24,024 nt of DNA, taken from IMG/VR virus record IMGVR_UViG_3300044267_002438, positions 1 through 24,024 of that record; one strand, given 5' to 3'. A program made the translations under genes and the position numbers. Of the stretch, positions 17,701-23,886 are shown piece by piece. The notes beneath the pieces were generated by a model. That model did not search any database. It saw nothing but the letters and a program-made list of their open reading frames with translations, and was not told where the DNA came from. Each line of letters begins with the position of its first letter. Positions within the stretch are counted from its first letter, which is position 1. The DNA comes from a virus (taxonomy: Duplodnaviria; Caudoviricetes).

Positions 17701-20700
17701 GAGGTATATCAACCTAACCAACCCACTAGAGTATCGTGCAGAAAACTATGGTGAAGGGATAGATATGAAACAGATGGCTGCTTTAATAAAGAGTGCTAAA
17801 GCCAAGGGCCATGATGGAATTATCTATAAAGTAATGAACGAAGACATAGGCACCACCTATGTTGTGTTCGACAACTCCAACATACTTATACCTACCTCAC
17901 GCATTAACGAGAAGACAGTAGGCTCTAAGTTAGTACGGCCAACTAGACTTAATGCTGAACAGTATGAGATATATGAAGAAGCCAGAGAGAAGGCTGAAGA
18001 AATCTTTGACGCTGAAGTTCAAGCACTTGAGGACGAGCTTCGGACAGCGATGATTGATGAGCGTCTTGCGGAGGAAGAGTCCCAAGAGATTGAGAGGATG
18101 TTGAGCATCATTGAAGAAAGAGTGAAGGACAAAGAAGCCAACAAAAAAGAAGACATTGATTTTATAACTAACGACATTCTGCGTAACAACAGGATGATGG
18201 GAGAGACTGTCAAATCTGATTTAGACAATCTTGAAAAGAAACCACCAATCACTCTTAAGAACTTTGTTGAAAGAGTGAAAGAGATAGAGTCCTTAAAGGG
18301 CATCATGTTAAATGAGATAGACTTACCTGACAATGTGACCAAGGACACTGACCTTACCAATGCTGTAAGGAGATTGATTCGCAAGAAGCAGATGGAGAGT
18401 AGGTCATTCACTCCTGATGACAGTATGGTTTTCTCGCCGCAGTCAATAAAGACACCACACAAACCTGACCGACCGTCTGAAGAAGAAAGCAATTTAGAAT
18501 ACGACCGCCAACGCGCACATGTGCATGACAGAGAGTTGAAGAGGATGGCTGCTACTGCTGTGGCTGAAGACCTTGAAGGAGCTTACAAGATAGCTGTTGG
18601 TATCATGAGGAATGATAGAGATGTACCAGTAACAGTAAACAATCTGTTCCTTCTTCCAGCAGTGCAGGTTGAATTACAGCGTGTTGCTAGGATAAGCGGC
18701 GATGCAGACGACATTGTAAAGATGGAGCGTTACAGGAGACTGCATCAGGAATTTGGTAGCATACTTAGTGCTGCTTTTAGAAGCAGAAGAGACCCGCTAA
18801 AAACACAAGGGGAAGAGTTTGCTGACGTTGTTGAACAAGTTATTGACCAGATTACTGAAGACGAGTTGCGTGTTCTTGAGAAAGGTACGAAGTACGATAC
18901 TTCCAAGGACAGCCCCTCAACAGAATTCGAGATTGAACTCGACATCGAACCAGCCGTTGATGACAGAGGCAAACTTGTTACCCCATTACCTGAGGTCAAC
19001 GATGACACTATTGCTGTCGATAAGTCAAAGGCAGGAGGAGGCGAAGGAGAAGCTGGAGGAACTGGAACTGCTGATGGAACTGGTACTGGCCGAGGAACTG
19101 GGGATGGAACGGGGCAAGGTACGGGCGAAGGGACTGGTAGTGGTACAAGAGGGAAGCGAAAGCCCAAGGGCAAAAAAGATAATACTCCTGAGGTACAAAA
19201 AGTATTAGAAGAAATAGCTAAGCGACGAGCTGACTTGTTAAAGTACCTTAAGTCTAGAGGTTACGGCACAAGCCGGGAGAACTTAATACGAATAGGTGAG
19301 AACCCGGAACTTGCCGACCGAATGTTCTACGACATTGACCTTTGGATGATGAGCCTACCACAGAAAATTTACTCTTGGTTCAAGGCTATTATATATGGAA
19401 ACCTTCTTGGTGCTCCTGAGACATTGATGACTAACTTATCGTCTGCCTTAGGTGTTCCTAAGATAATGCGTTTAGAGAAAAAGCTAGGAAGGAAATTGTT
19501 TTTTGAGTTGCCTGAAAAGCTAGGCTACAAAGGTAAGATTGAAAAAACCACAACAAGCAAAGACATGAAGAAGTTTGATGAAGTGCTTCGCAATAATCCA
19601 GAACTGGCTGACGCAGTTAATGTTGGTATGAGATATGCCTTTGTTCAAGGGATGAACGACAGTGACAGTATTCAAGGTAAGTTGGTAGGTGGTTTCACGA
19701 ATTTAATCAGGTCATACATCAAAGACAAAAAGATTTCTTGGGAAACAGCCGTCAAGACAATGGCTTCTGGGGTTGACCAAGTCAACTTACAGGTAAAAGG
19801 CTTTGATGCTTCCAATGCAAATTTCTGGTTGCAAGAACAAGGTGTTGGGGAAGAAAGAACGAAAATGCAAAAGGGTTGGGCACAAGGCAGTAGAGCCAGA
19901 GCACGTAAGCCACACCTTGAGAACGAACTCTTGCTTGCATTAAGAGCTGATGATGCTGCTTTGTTTTTGCAGAAGTTAATTCTTGCACCAACAAACTTGA
20001 TGATGGCTACTGACAACTTTTTCAAAATGGAACTAGCTCGTTCCAATGTGGGAATTGTTGCAGCAGGTATGGCAAGAAGGCAAGTTGAGGATGGAAAACT
20101 AGAAGAGGGTGAGGTAGAAGAATTCATCATCAACATGGTATCTGATAAGCGTTCTATTGCATGGCAGAAAGCAGTTGAGTTTGCACAAATTGGTTTGTTC
20201 CAGAAAGGCAAGCATACAACTTTAAGTCTAGGCAAAGATAAGGATGCTGCTGGAAAGAGGGTGGTGACCACCCTTAACTCATGGGCCAGAAAGAATATGG
20301 TTGCTGATGCTGCTGTTCTACTGTACGCCCCATTCAAAATGACTCCGATTAATATATTCGTTGAATCATTTAATCGCTCTCCAGTTGCCGGTTGGGGCTT
20401 CTTGATGGTTCATGCTTTAAGAAACAGGGCAGAAGGTAGGCACCCATTTGACGGCATTGAAGGTTCTGCGTTTACCAATGCAGTTCTTTCATTAGCTATG
20501 GTTAGTCTCTCTCTTATGTTTATGTCTGATGATGATGACGATGATGATGATAAGCCAATTAAGAATACTATAGCTGGTGTATCTGGAGAAAGACACCAAC
20601 GACAAGAGCAAAGAGAGCTGGGTTATTTATCACCGGAGGGAGAACCGGGCACAGTTACTATTGGCGGTGTTACTTGGGGCACACGAAACTTTGCTCCATA

Positions 20701-21634
20701 TGCTGGGCCATTACATGCTGGTGCCGAAGGGGCCATAACAGCTAAAGAAGGTAAAGGACTTTCAGATATTGTTGGTAACAGTGCTACTGCCACCATAAAT
20801 TCTATCCTTGACTTGCCCCTTATGGAGAGTCCCAAGAAACTTGAGCAATTCATACGGTCAGACGATAAGTGGGAGGGCTTTAAGGAACTCGTTGCGGGGC
20901 CAACAAGTATGGCTACTCATGGTTTATATAAGTCTATCCGTCGAGAAACCAGACCGTTTGTATCACGTTCTCGGGGTGATGACCCATTTGAAACATGGAA
21001 GAAAAGAACGGAACTGGCAGGCGACAGGCAACCCATTGTGCAGCCCTTTGGAATCATAGCTAGAAATGAATTCATAGAGGGAGATGCAACTGGCGAGATG
21101 GATATACTGGGAACCTTAGCTAACATGTTCGTTCCACTAGCTGACTACAAAGGAGAAGCCAAGGGCTATAAAGGTGCAGAGATATATAAGAACTGGAATA
21201 AAAAGGTTGACCAAGGGAGAGTAAAGACAGGAGAAGGCGAAGACAAACCTGCAAGACAGTATCCTAATAAGATACTACAAGGCCCTGACAAAAGAAGCTA
21301 CAGAGAAGATGGGAAGACTACGACTTTGACTCGACCGGAATTTACTGAGTTCTCATTGGTAGCTGGTGCTATAGCTAAAAAGTATGTGGATGCCCACTTG
21401 ACTACAATGACAATGGAAAATCCTTCAGAGTTTGACATTAAAGTTATGGAGCGTGTTCAAACTAAAGCACAGGAATATGTAAAAGACCATCACATTAGAT
21501 ACGGCAACTTAAAAGGGATAAGAATAGACTCTGCTTACAGTAATATTAAGTATGACATGCAAAAGTATATTTATGGGAACAAAGATGGGACGCAGAAAGA
21601 GAAGGCGAGATGGTACAACGGCAGGAATAACTAA
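11708..21634 (+). CDS. Giant internal virion / polyvalent protein (3308 aa): HExxH metallopeptidase motif, ART-PolyVal-like domain and T7 gp16-like C-terminal region
   Basis: Single 9.9-kb ORF. HELVH at 17087-17101; ART-like VVRDKDGNPKLLLHGT...FFFTDS...YINLTNPL...GHDGII...YVVF at 17483-17884. C-terminal motifs LLGAPET.MTN, ATDNFFK, PFKMTPINI...RSP and P.TVTIGG.TW resemble podovirus internal core proteins. Confidence 0.8.
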   Translation: MVDPIKFYPSADPEEEKRNEETNSLYYEAREKDWISGATNLQDDSYTKLSKERRIELWNKGLRPTGKVWEARFGTDDWGMKNAFVDYGSAGDFRFSKNEKPREQWTEQEHEDEKRAQSFAMQGGAKQKPLPYTDKYLSPGEKITETVKMLKEEGPEALGKGSGSDLVEGFLSRTPIAGGLVDGIRLYHVWESSEKIKNNKATNVDYSIVSRYLAREEFDAEDDMTQKVFRNVTRLPAFGAEVFLSGGLYTGIKEGLKKGGKEAAEYAIKKGVKEGVEQSAKKGIKSRVGTAVKEIAKESAVHAGTVGAPRTFESALRESVNVEQTTEGYAVSPKNSWALNLPEAYLRQMTEYAVEKGFLVPGKGGAGKIKDLSKLEGTGLFKNIQRGIANLDNKLSPTLRQMGIGGIGEEIMEERVNEIVQPLISMVFFDPEDAVQQTGLTGDLTTEALVQAGLRELSPEENSSRRERITEQGLSELIGLGLMSGAGKLTKLGKESDQRIIETKEFKEAVEKDRAEIQASTNEQIVESLDRIDGFAEFIDIARLEQKLEKTEDLDEQERIEDALAKRKAQYFTQTRLGNERRKSARDELKARGVGQNNKGELVPENELQINADLAAGIETDVEQEVPQPEEGEFTLDQLQQMGQEGVQQPEVDTTAEQEVVEQTEEQPIETTEAEVPQLSEEEKEVKAQDPIERIEVDEDYANDLSDQIDEIEAKGDVTSRSAGKKLNNFFMGHGIDPKQFKSKEARKQFIEQAKEKIKLSKPKAEAAPKVKAQEPEAGPEVEIDHRGRKLSPEAETQETEIDHRGRKLDPKVEAQKPEAEVPTKPEPTETPKKETAKETSEETYDQSEAEYQAGVRGRVQAAERGLKLYQETYDKRLAEGKTPRQLSHQKRLINQAKKELQEAQAELAKSLESKKPEPTETTKPKSTPKTKTPEEFQSQDYEAMGLKDLEKSIQKLGQQRDSMPEGPAQLAVQDELDKAAEIYNAKASGAATKKTTPVPKTDAKEGAPEIKSKVKKDLTPDLPKTRKEATKQIKDLKKFIDSEMVEALKLPEDEMGAAIDKVMAQKKKLKELEDHRESLDSDERPDKVKKKKRDPKRGDPVKKEPEVVVPEGLTKKGAYYYTEEEGDSPVSLVKVNGKPTYVTSLVDSKGQKQWYVYDNAESQSAATGGRGAATRKKLVEQLEKKETEDIEQGERVKGQADRIEKESKEETDSLRKQEAEKEIKSMLKDELGMTLSYNKKNKTYKITSIAAKKQKPNAQYEFKNAAARKRNSIQINEPLLEEGEHPLDAVHRWGKAVEPFLQPRPNASEQTLDIKQPEEMVEWNTGRTTDTVIGAAKRIYITTLMKQGYSIDAAEKAAEEIDTDALERSAREAVTSANWEKIASMGAIESQVVAIPDVMMEQMAEGRFGRTDLQRIKSDPKHIEAAAMNEAIDISEFYHASDLILEALYEARALHHLARANNFEALMGETGSVTPEKAKVLEGKDVEKQRKIGREHRQINTMFFDPMNKRLISSDGQFVLQWEYDKGSVVGKVRIAPPVTGPTARRPVTFYEPHALQYTFEQIRATEWENIPVSTDQANFSGILVDDIKKAKDEYVRWLKHVLGKRMDESPNDIRRALPWGVLNQEGLEDYFKDVIKAFKKERKQKFGTELPPSEDMSMMDGGYLFSPANRTSDGIKGRKKRLVLKAIKKMARGRKVTETPYGFKFAVRGGGEVHIAFRGKENLPVPTRARMEDYDRTEADKEFAAGKPAAGVYYSPKNEDQTYGINELGMIVINSDEVNKWGSNSAIRTMLHELVHLAEFTGFISSDLRRDLKALAKKRGQKGSDLESLTQLIENEFDRRESQGVIKRVVQAFKDMINNFLDALGYSKKDVDYLYRQLTSGKLFEVDPSKRADRLRRPDSIMQSFGQTLAMSASRDTGVLPETVVRDKDGNPKLLLHGTPNRFVQFDKKKVGSNTGMIDTQQGSAFFFTDSESTARMVGRSFDWFRLADKKASLLKRYINLTNPLEYRAENYGEGIDMKQMAALIKSAKAKGHDGIIYKVMNEDIGTTYVVFDNSNILIPTSRINEKTVGSKLVRPTRLNAEQYEIYEEAREKAEEIFDAEVQALEDELRTAMIDERLAEEESQEIERMLSIIEERVKDKEANKKEDIDFITNDILRNNRMMGETVKSDLDNLEKKPPITLKNFVERVKEIESLKGIMLNEIDLPDNVTKDTDLTNAVRRLIRKKQMESRSFTPDDSMVFSPQSIKTPHKPDRPSEEESNLEYDRQRAHVHDRELKRMAATAVAEDLEGAYKIAVGIMRNDRDVPVTVNNLFLLPAVQVELQRVARISGDADDIVKMERYRRLHQEFGSILSAAFRSRRDPLKTQGEEFADVVEQVIDQITEDELRVLEKGTKYDTSKDSPSTEFEIELDIEPAVDDRGKLVTPLPEVNDDTIAVDKSKAGGGEGEAGGTGTADGTGTGRGTGDGTGQGTGEGTGSGTRGKRKPKGKKDNTPEVQKVLEEIAKRRADLLKYLKSRGYGTSRENLIRIGENPELADRMFYDIDLWMMSLPQKIYSWFKAIIYGNLLGAPETLMTNLSSALGVPKIMRLEKKLGRKLFFELPEKLGYKGKIEKTTTSKDMKKFDEVLRNNPELADAVNVGMRYAFVQGMNDSDSIQGKLVGGFTNLIRSYIKDKKISWETAVKTMASGVDQVNLQVKGFDASNANFWLQEQGVGEERTKMQKGWAQGSRARARKPHLENELLLALRADDAALFLQKLILAPTNLMMATDNFFKMELARSNVGIVAAGMARRQVEDGKLEEGEVEEFIINMVSDKRSIAWQKAVEFAQIGLFQKGKHTTLSLGKDKDAAGKRVVTTLNSWARKNMVADAAVLLYAPFKMTPINIFVESFNRSPVAGWGFLMVHALRNRAEGRHPFDGIEGSAFTNAVLSLAMVSLSLMFMSDDDDDDDDKPIKNTIAGVSGERHQRQEQRELGYLSPEGEPGTVTIGGVTWGTRNFAPYAGPLHAGAEGAITAKEGKGLSDIVGNSATATINSILDLPLMESPKKLEQFIRSDDKWEGFKELVAGPTSMATHGLYKSIRRETRPFVSRSRGDDPFETWKKRTELAGDRQPIVQPFGIIARNEFIEGDATGEMDILGTLANMFVPLADYKGEAKGYKGAEIYKNWNKKVDQGRVKTGEGEDKPARQYPNKILQGPDKRSYREDGKTTTLTRPEFTEFSLVAGAIAKKYVDAHLTTMTMENPSEFDIKVMERVQTKAQEYVKDHHIRYGNLKGIRIDSAYSNIKYDMQKYIYGNKDGTQKEKARWYNGRNN
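14011..14168 (+). repeat. Intragenic 54-bp duplication (EIDHRGRKLxP) plus related PKVxAQxPEA copies
   Basis: GAAATTGACCATAGAGG at 14054 and 14108; CCCTAAAGT...CCAGAGGCTG at 14011-14042 and 14137-14168. Confidence 0.9.
14180..14472 (+). repeat. 20-bp exact direct repeat AAACCTGAGCCGACTGAGAC (KPEPTET), 273 nt apart
   Basis: Copies at 14180-14199 and 14453-14472; the spacing is a multiple of 3. Confidence 0.9.
17087..17101 (+). other. Zincin HExxH motif (TMLHELVHL) within the giant protein
   Basis: Residues 1794-1798, preceded by AAGVY...MIVINS strands typical of zincin-like metallopeptidases in polyvalent proteins. Confidence 0.75.
17483..17884 (+). other. ADP-ribosyltransferase-fold domain (ART-PolyVal-like) within the giant protein
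   Basis: Residues ~1926-2059. The ordered motifs HGT, F..FD, FFFTD...A, Y.N..NPL, GHDGII and YVVF match the family pattern as I recall it. Confidence 0.8.
19034..19153 (+). repeat. Gly/Thr-rich (GTGx)n linker within the giant protein
   Basis: GGGEGEAGGTGTADGTGTGRGTGDGTGQGTGEGTGSGTRG, encoded with diverged codons. Confidence 0.85.
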
Positions 21635-21872
21635 TGAGTACATTGACTCGGAAAGCACAACCGAGGCAGAGGCTCATGGGTTCAGGAAAGATGTCAGAGT
21701 ATCCGCACGTACAAGTAAGGTTGAAGCCAAGCAAGCAGGTAAGGCTGCTGTAATAGAGAGCAAGGCTATGCTTGCACAGGCTAAAGCAAACAAAAGAAAG
21801 TGGCTCGTAGCCTTGATAGCCATTGGTATGGCTGCATATATGTTTATTAAAGCAAAGATAGGAGTAGGATGA
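21585..21872 (+). CDS. Basic, C-terminally membrane-anchored protein (~95 aa); possible lysis accessory
   Basis: KRKWLVALIAIGMAAYMFIK transmembrane segment near the C-terminus. The start is uncertain (21552, 21573 or 21585); every option overlaps the end of the giant gene. The stop overlaps the next start. Confidence 0.6.
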   Translation: MGRRKRRRDGTTAGITNEYIDSESTTEAEAHGFRKDVRVSARTSKVEAKQAGKAAVIESKAMLAQAKANKRKWLVALIAIGMAAYMFIKAKIGVG

Positions 21873-22096
21873 TGGGTGCTATTAAGAACATCGTCAGTGA
21901 TTTTATTAACAGCTTGAAGAACAGTAAGCGTGTGCTTACTGGGATACTTACAGTGGTGTTCATGTTCGCATATGAATACTTCAAGCTAGAAGAGAAGGGC
22001 ATAGCTAGGGAGTCAGTCAACAATGCCGTTATGACTATTGTGGCATTGATACTAGGCGACTCTATTCGCAGCGTTAACCCGGACAAGGTGGAATGA
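21869..22096 (+). CDS. Holin-like membrane protein, 2 predicted TM helices (75 aa)
   Basis: GGAG RBS; SKR followed by VLTGILTVVFMFAY, then AVMTIVALILG and a charged C-terminus; located after the virion genes. Confidence 0.65.
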   Translation: MMGAIKNIVSDFINSLKNSKRVLTGILTVVFMFAYEYFKLEEKGIARESVNNAVMTIVALILGDSIRSVNPDKVE

Positions 22097-22299
22097 TGAA
22101 GAGTTGGTACATACTACCGTTGTCACGAACAAGAGTCATGGTACGCACACGAAACTGTGCAACCTGTGTATCTATCCAAGAACATCTGGAGTCACAGGGA
22201 TTTGTGCGTGTTAGATTCTTCAGGTTCATTTTACATATCATTAACTTTAAGTGTAAGGTTGTGCCTTACGATGGGAGCAGCACCCCCTCAGCCAGTTGA
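22093..22299 (+). CDS. Hypothetical cationic 68-aa protein with CxxC
   Basis: ATGA overlap with the previous stop; AAGGTGG RBS; fills the gap up to the hairpin element. Confidence 0.5.
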   Translation: MMKSWYILPLSRTRVMVRTRNCATCVSIQEHLESQGFVRVRFFRFILHIINFKCKVVPYDGSSTPSAS

Positions 22300-22308
22300 T
22301 GCTGGCAG

Positions 22309-22340
22309 GCTGGCAGTGGCTTCGGCTGCTGTCAGCTTTT
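22309..22340 (+). terminator. C(UUCG)G-capped 12-bp hairpin followed by U4 (weak terminator or part of a larger RNA structure)
   Basis: GCTGGCAGTGGC-TTCG-GCTGCTGTCAGC-TTTT. Three G-U pairs indicate a + strand RNA structure. Confidence 0.7.
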
Positions 22341-22356
22341 GGGGTGAGATAAAAAG

Positions 22357-22650
22357 ATGGAAACACAAGACTGGATAACTATAGTAAATAGTATTGGGTT
22401 GCCAGCAGCCTTCCTCATTTTTCTAATGTGGGGACTCTGGAAAGTTCTAACCGCAATAGCACCATACTTTCTTGACTCATATACAAAACATTGTGAGTTG
22501 ATAGAGGAACTTAAAGATAGTGTTCGCAATTGTGATAAGAATGGGAAGGCACTGAACCATGCGGCTGATGCCTTAGATGTACTTGCACCCGCAAGTAAAA
22601 AGGAGGCTGTTCGCAGGCATACTGTTGCAATGAAAGAGGAGTTGCAGTGA
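22357..22650 (+). CDS. Single-TM holin-like protein (YvrJ/BhlA-like architecture, 97 aa)
   Basis: N-terminal IVNSIGLPAAFLIFLMWGLW TM helix followed by a coiled-coil-like cytoplasmic tail; GGGGTGAG RBS. Confidence 0.6.
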   Translation: METQDWITIVNSIGLPAAFLIFLMWGLWKVLTAIAPYFLDSYTKHCELIEELKDSVRNCDKNGKALNHAADALDVLAPASKKEAVRRHTVAMKEELQ

Positions 22651-23132
22651 CTATAACAGCGAGAATAAAAAAGAACTTCGAGGAAAATGGTGAGAGATGT
22701 GCTAGCGAACTAGCTAAGCTCGATGAGTTCAAAGACCTAACTCTTGAACAGATTCAGAACGGTATAGCTAGAGTTCGTAATCCCGAAAAGGACAGGGACT
22801 ACTACAGAAGGAATCCCAACTATTTACTTTGGAGAAATGCACGCTCTCGGTCTATAAAAAAGAACATTTACTTTGACCTCAAGAGAGAAGATATTGTCAT
22901 CCCTACGAGGTGCCCTATCTTAGGTATGCCTTTGTTTTCATCAGTGGGTAACCGGGGAGGAGGGCCAGCTAGTCCAACCGTAGATAGGATAGACCCAACA
23001 AAGGGATACACAAAAGAGAACGTGCATGTTATCAGCAGAAGGGCCAACACACTCAAGAGCGATGCTTCGCCGGAAGAGTTGCGTAAGATATGTGAGTGGA
23101 TTAGGAACTACTGGCTAGAAAAGGACTCGTAA
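22647..23132 (+). CDS. HNH-type (His-Me finger) endonuclease-like protein
   Basis: CPILG...SPTVDRIDPTKGYTKENVHVISRRANTLK matches the common phage DRID..KGY...N....AN..K family. GAGGAG RBS and GTGA overlap with the previous gene. Confidence 0.8.
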   Translation: MTITARIKKNFEENGERCASELAKLDEFKDLTLEQIQNGIARVRNPEKDRDYYRRNPNYLLWRNARSRSIKKNIYFDLKREDIVIPTRCPILGMPLFSSVGNRGGGPASPTVDRIDPTKGYTKENVHVISRRANTLKSDASPEELRKICEWIRNYWLEKDS

Positions 23133-23605
23133 ACCCAGTCCTTATTGAATGACTTATCTTCACGTATAAACTTCCTGAAGTGTTTCTTCATCCATTCCTT
23201 GGGGAATGTTACACCACTAACTCTTCCGCCATCACCAGACATCTCTCTTACTGTGCCCTCTTTATCTCTGTCGTTCTTCACAAGAAAGCGAAGCCTCGAC
23301 ACTTCAATCATCCAAGCACCTTCGTTGGTGACAATCACCCAGAAGTCTGCCTTGGTTCCCCACACTCCACTGTCTACTCCGTTACATGCTTCTTCTATAA
23401 ACACGTTGCCTGTAGACTCACACTTCCTGTCGTGCTTGACTTCACACGTGAAGGACGGGTTGTGAATGTCGTAAGCCTTTCTTGTTTCGTAGTCTTCGGA
23501 TTCATTTAACTCTGTGTCGTGCCATCCTGATAGTTTAAGCACATCTCTAACCATATGTTCAGCACCACGAGCGAAGTCTAAGTCATCATCAAATGTCATC
23601 AGCAT
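23108..23605 (-). CDS. PD-(D/E)xK nuclease-like phage protein (~165 aa)
   Basis: GAE...YD...EVK.D...TGNVFIE...SG...TKADFW pattern. An AAGGAGG RBS favours ATG 23605 (or 23599) over 23674. Confidence 0.7.
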   Translation of the reverse strand: MLMTFDDDLDFARGAEHMVRDVLKLSGWHDTELNESEDYETRKAYDIHNPSFTCEVKHDRKCESTGNVFIEEACNGVDSGVWGTKADFWVIVTNEGAWMIEVSRLRFLVKNDRDKEGTVREMSGDGGRVSGVTFPKEWMKKHFRKFIREDKSFNKDWVYESFSSQ

Positions 23606-23798
23606 CTTCTCCTCCTTCAAAGTAACCACATTCAGGACAGATATGATTCTTCTCAAACATTTCCCGAACACCATTCAAACACTCTTGGCAGAAAGCAAAT
23701 TCAATTATACCTATGTACCCATGCACACCCTCATTGCAGGCAAGGAAGTGTGTGCTACAAATACAGCATGTAAGTATGTCTTCATTCAGAGAGTTCAT
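23589..23798 (-). CDS. Small Cys-rich putative zinc-binding protein (69 aa)
   Basis: CCIC, CQEC and CPEC motifs; tightly packed with neighbours on the same strand. Confidence 0.65.
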   Translation of the reverse strand: MNSLNEDILTCCICSTHFLACNEGVHGYIGIIEFAFCQECLNGVREMFEKNHICPECGYFEGGEDADDI

Positions 23799-23886
23799 TT
23801 AACTTCTTCATTTGGTACAAACAAAACCACAAAGACAGGGCAAACAAAAAGAAAACAGCAGGAGTCTTGATAAGATAATCAACCAT
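23782..23886 (-). CDS. Small membrane peptide (34 aa; MVDYLIKTPAVFFLFALSLWFCLYQMKKLNELSE)
   Basis: Below the ORF-track cutoff and read by hand. One hydrophobic helix followed by KK; short overlaps with both neighbouring minus-strand genes. Confidence 0.55.
   Translation of the reverse strand: MVDYLIKTPAVFFLFALSLWFCLYQMKKLNELSE

Noticed and set aside
20528-20551. (GAY)8 poly-Asp tract as a phase-variable microsatellite
   Set aside because: A triplet repeat cannot shift the frame, and an acidic run after a hydrophobic helix is unremarkable in this type of protein.
12610-21126. Numerous 60-220-aa minus-strand ORFs opposite the giant gene
   Set aside because: S/F/L-rich antisense shadows of E/K-rich codons, with no recognisable motifs.
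11708-21634. Giant ORF as an N4- or crAss-like virion RNA polymerase
   Set aside because: The size is similar, but I found no DxDGD/DFDID or T7-type polymerase motifs; the motifs seen fit polyvalent/gp16-like proteins. An HHpred scan would be needed to exclude it fully.
21869-21874. Met-Met start of the holin-like gene as a lambda S-type dual-start motif
   Set aside because: No charged residue between the two Met codons. The same ATGATG occurs at 22093 and is explained by stop/start overlap.
22270-22350. GC-rich multi-stem element as a possible tRNA
   Set aside because: No T-loop GTTCRA consensus, D-loop or cloverleaf spacing; reported instead as a regulatory RNA structure.
23145-23870. Plus-strand ORFs 23145-23465, 23180-23509 and 23514-23870
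   Set aside because: Antisense to tightly packed minus-strand genes that have better motif and RBS support.
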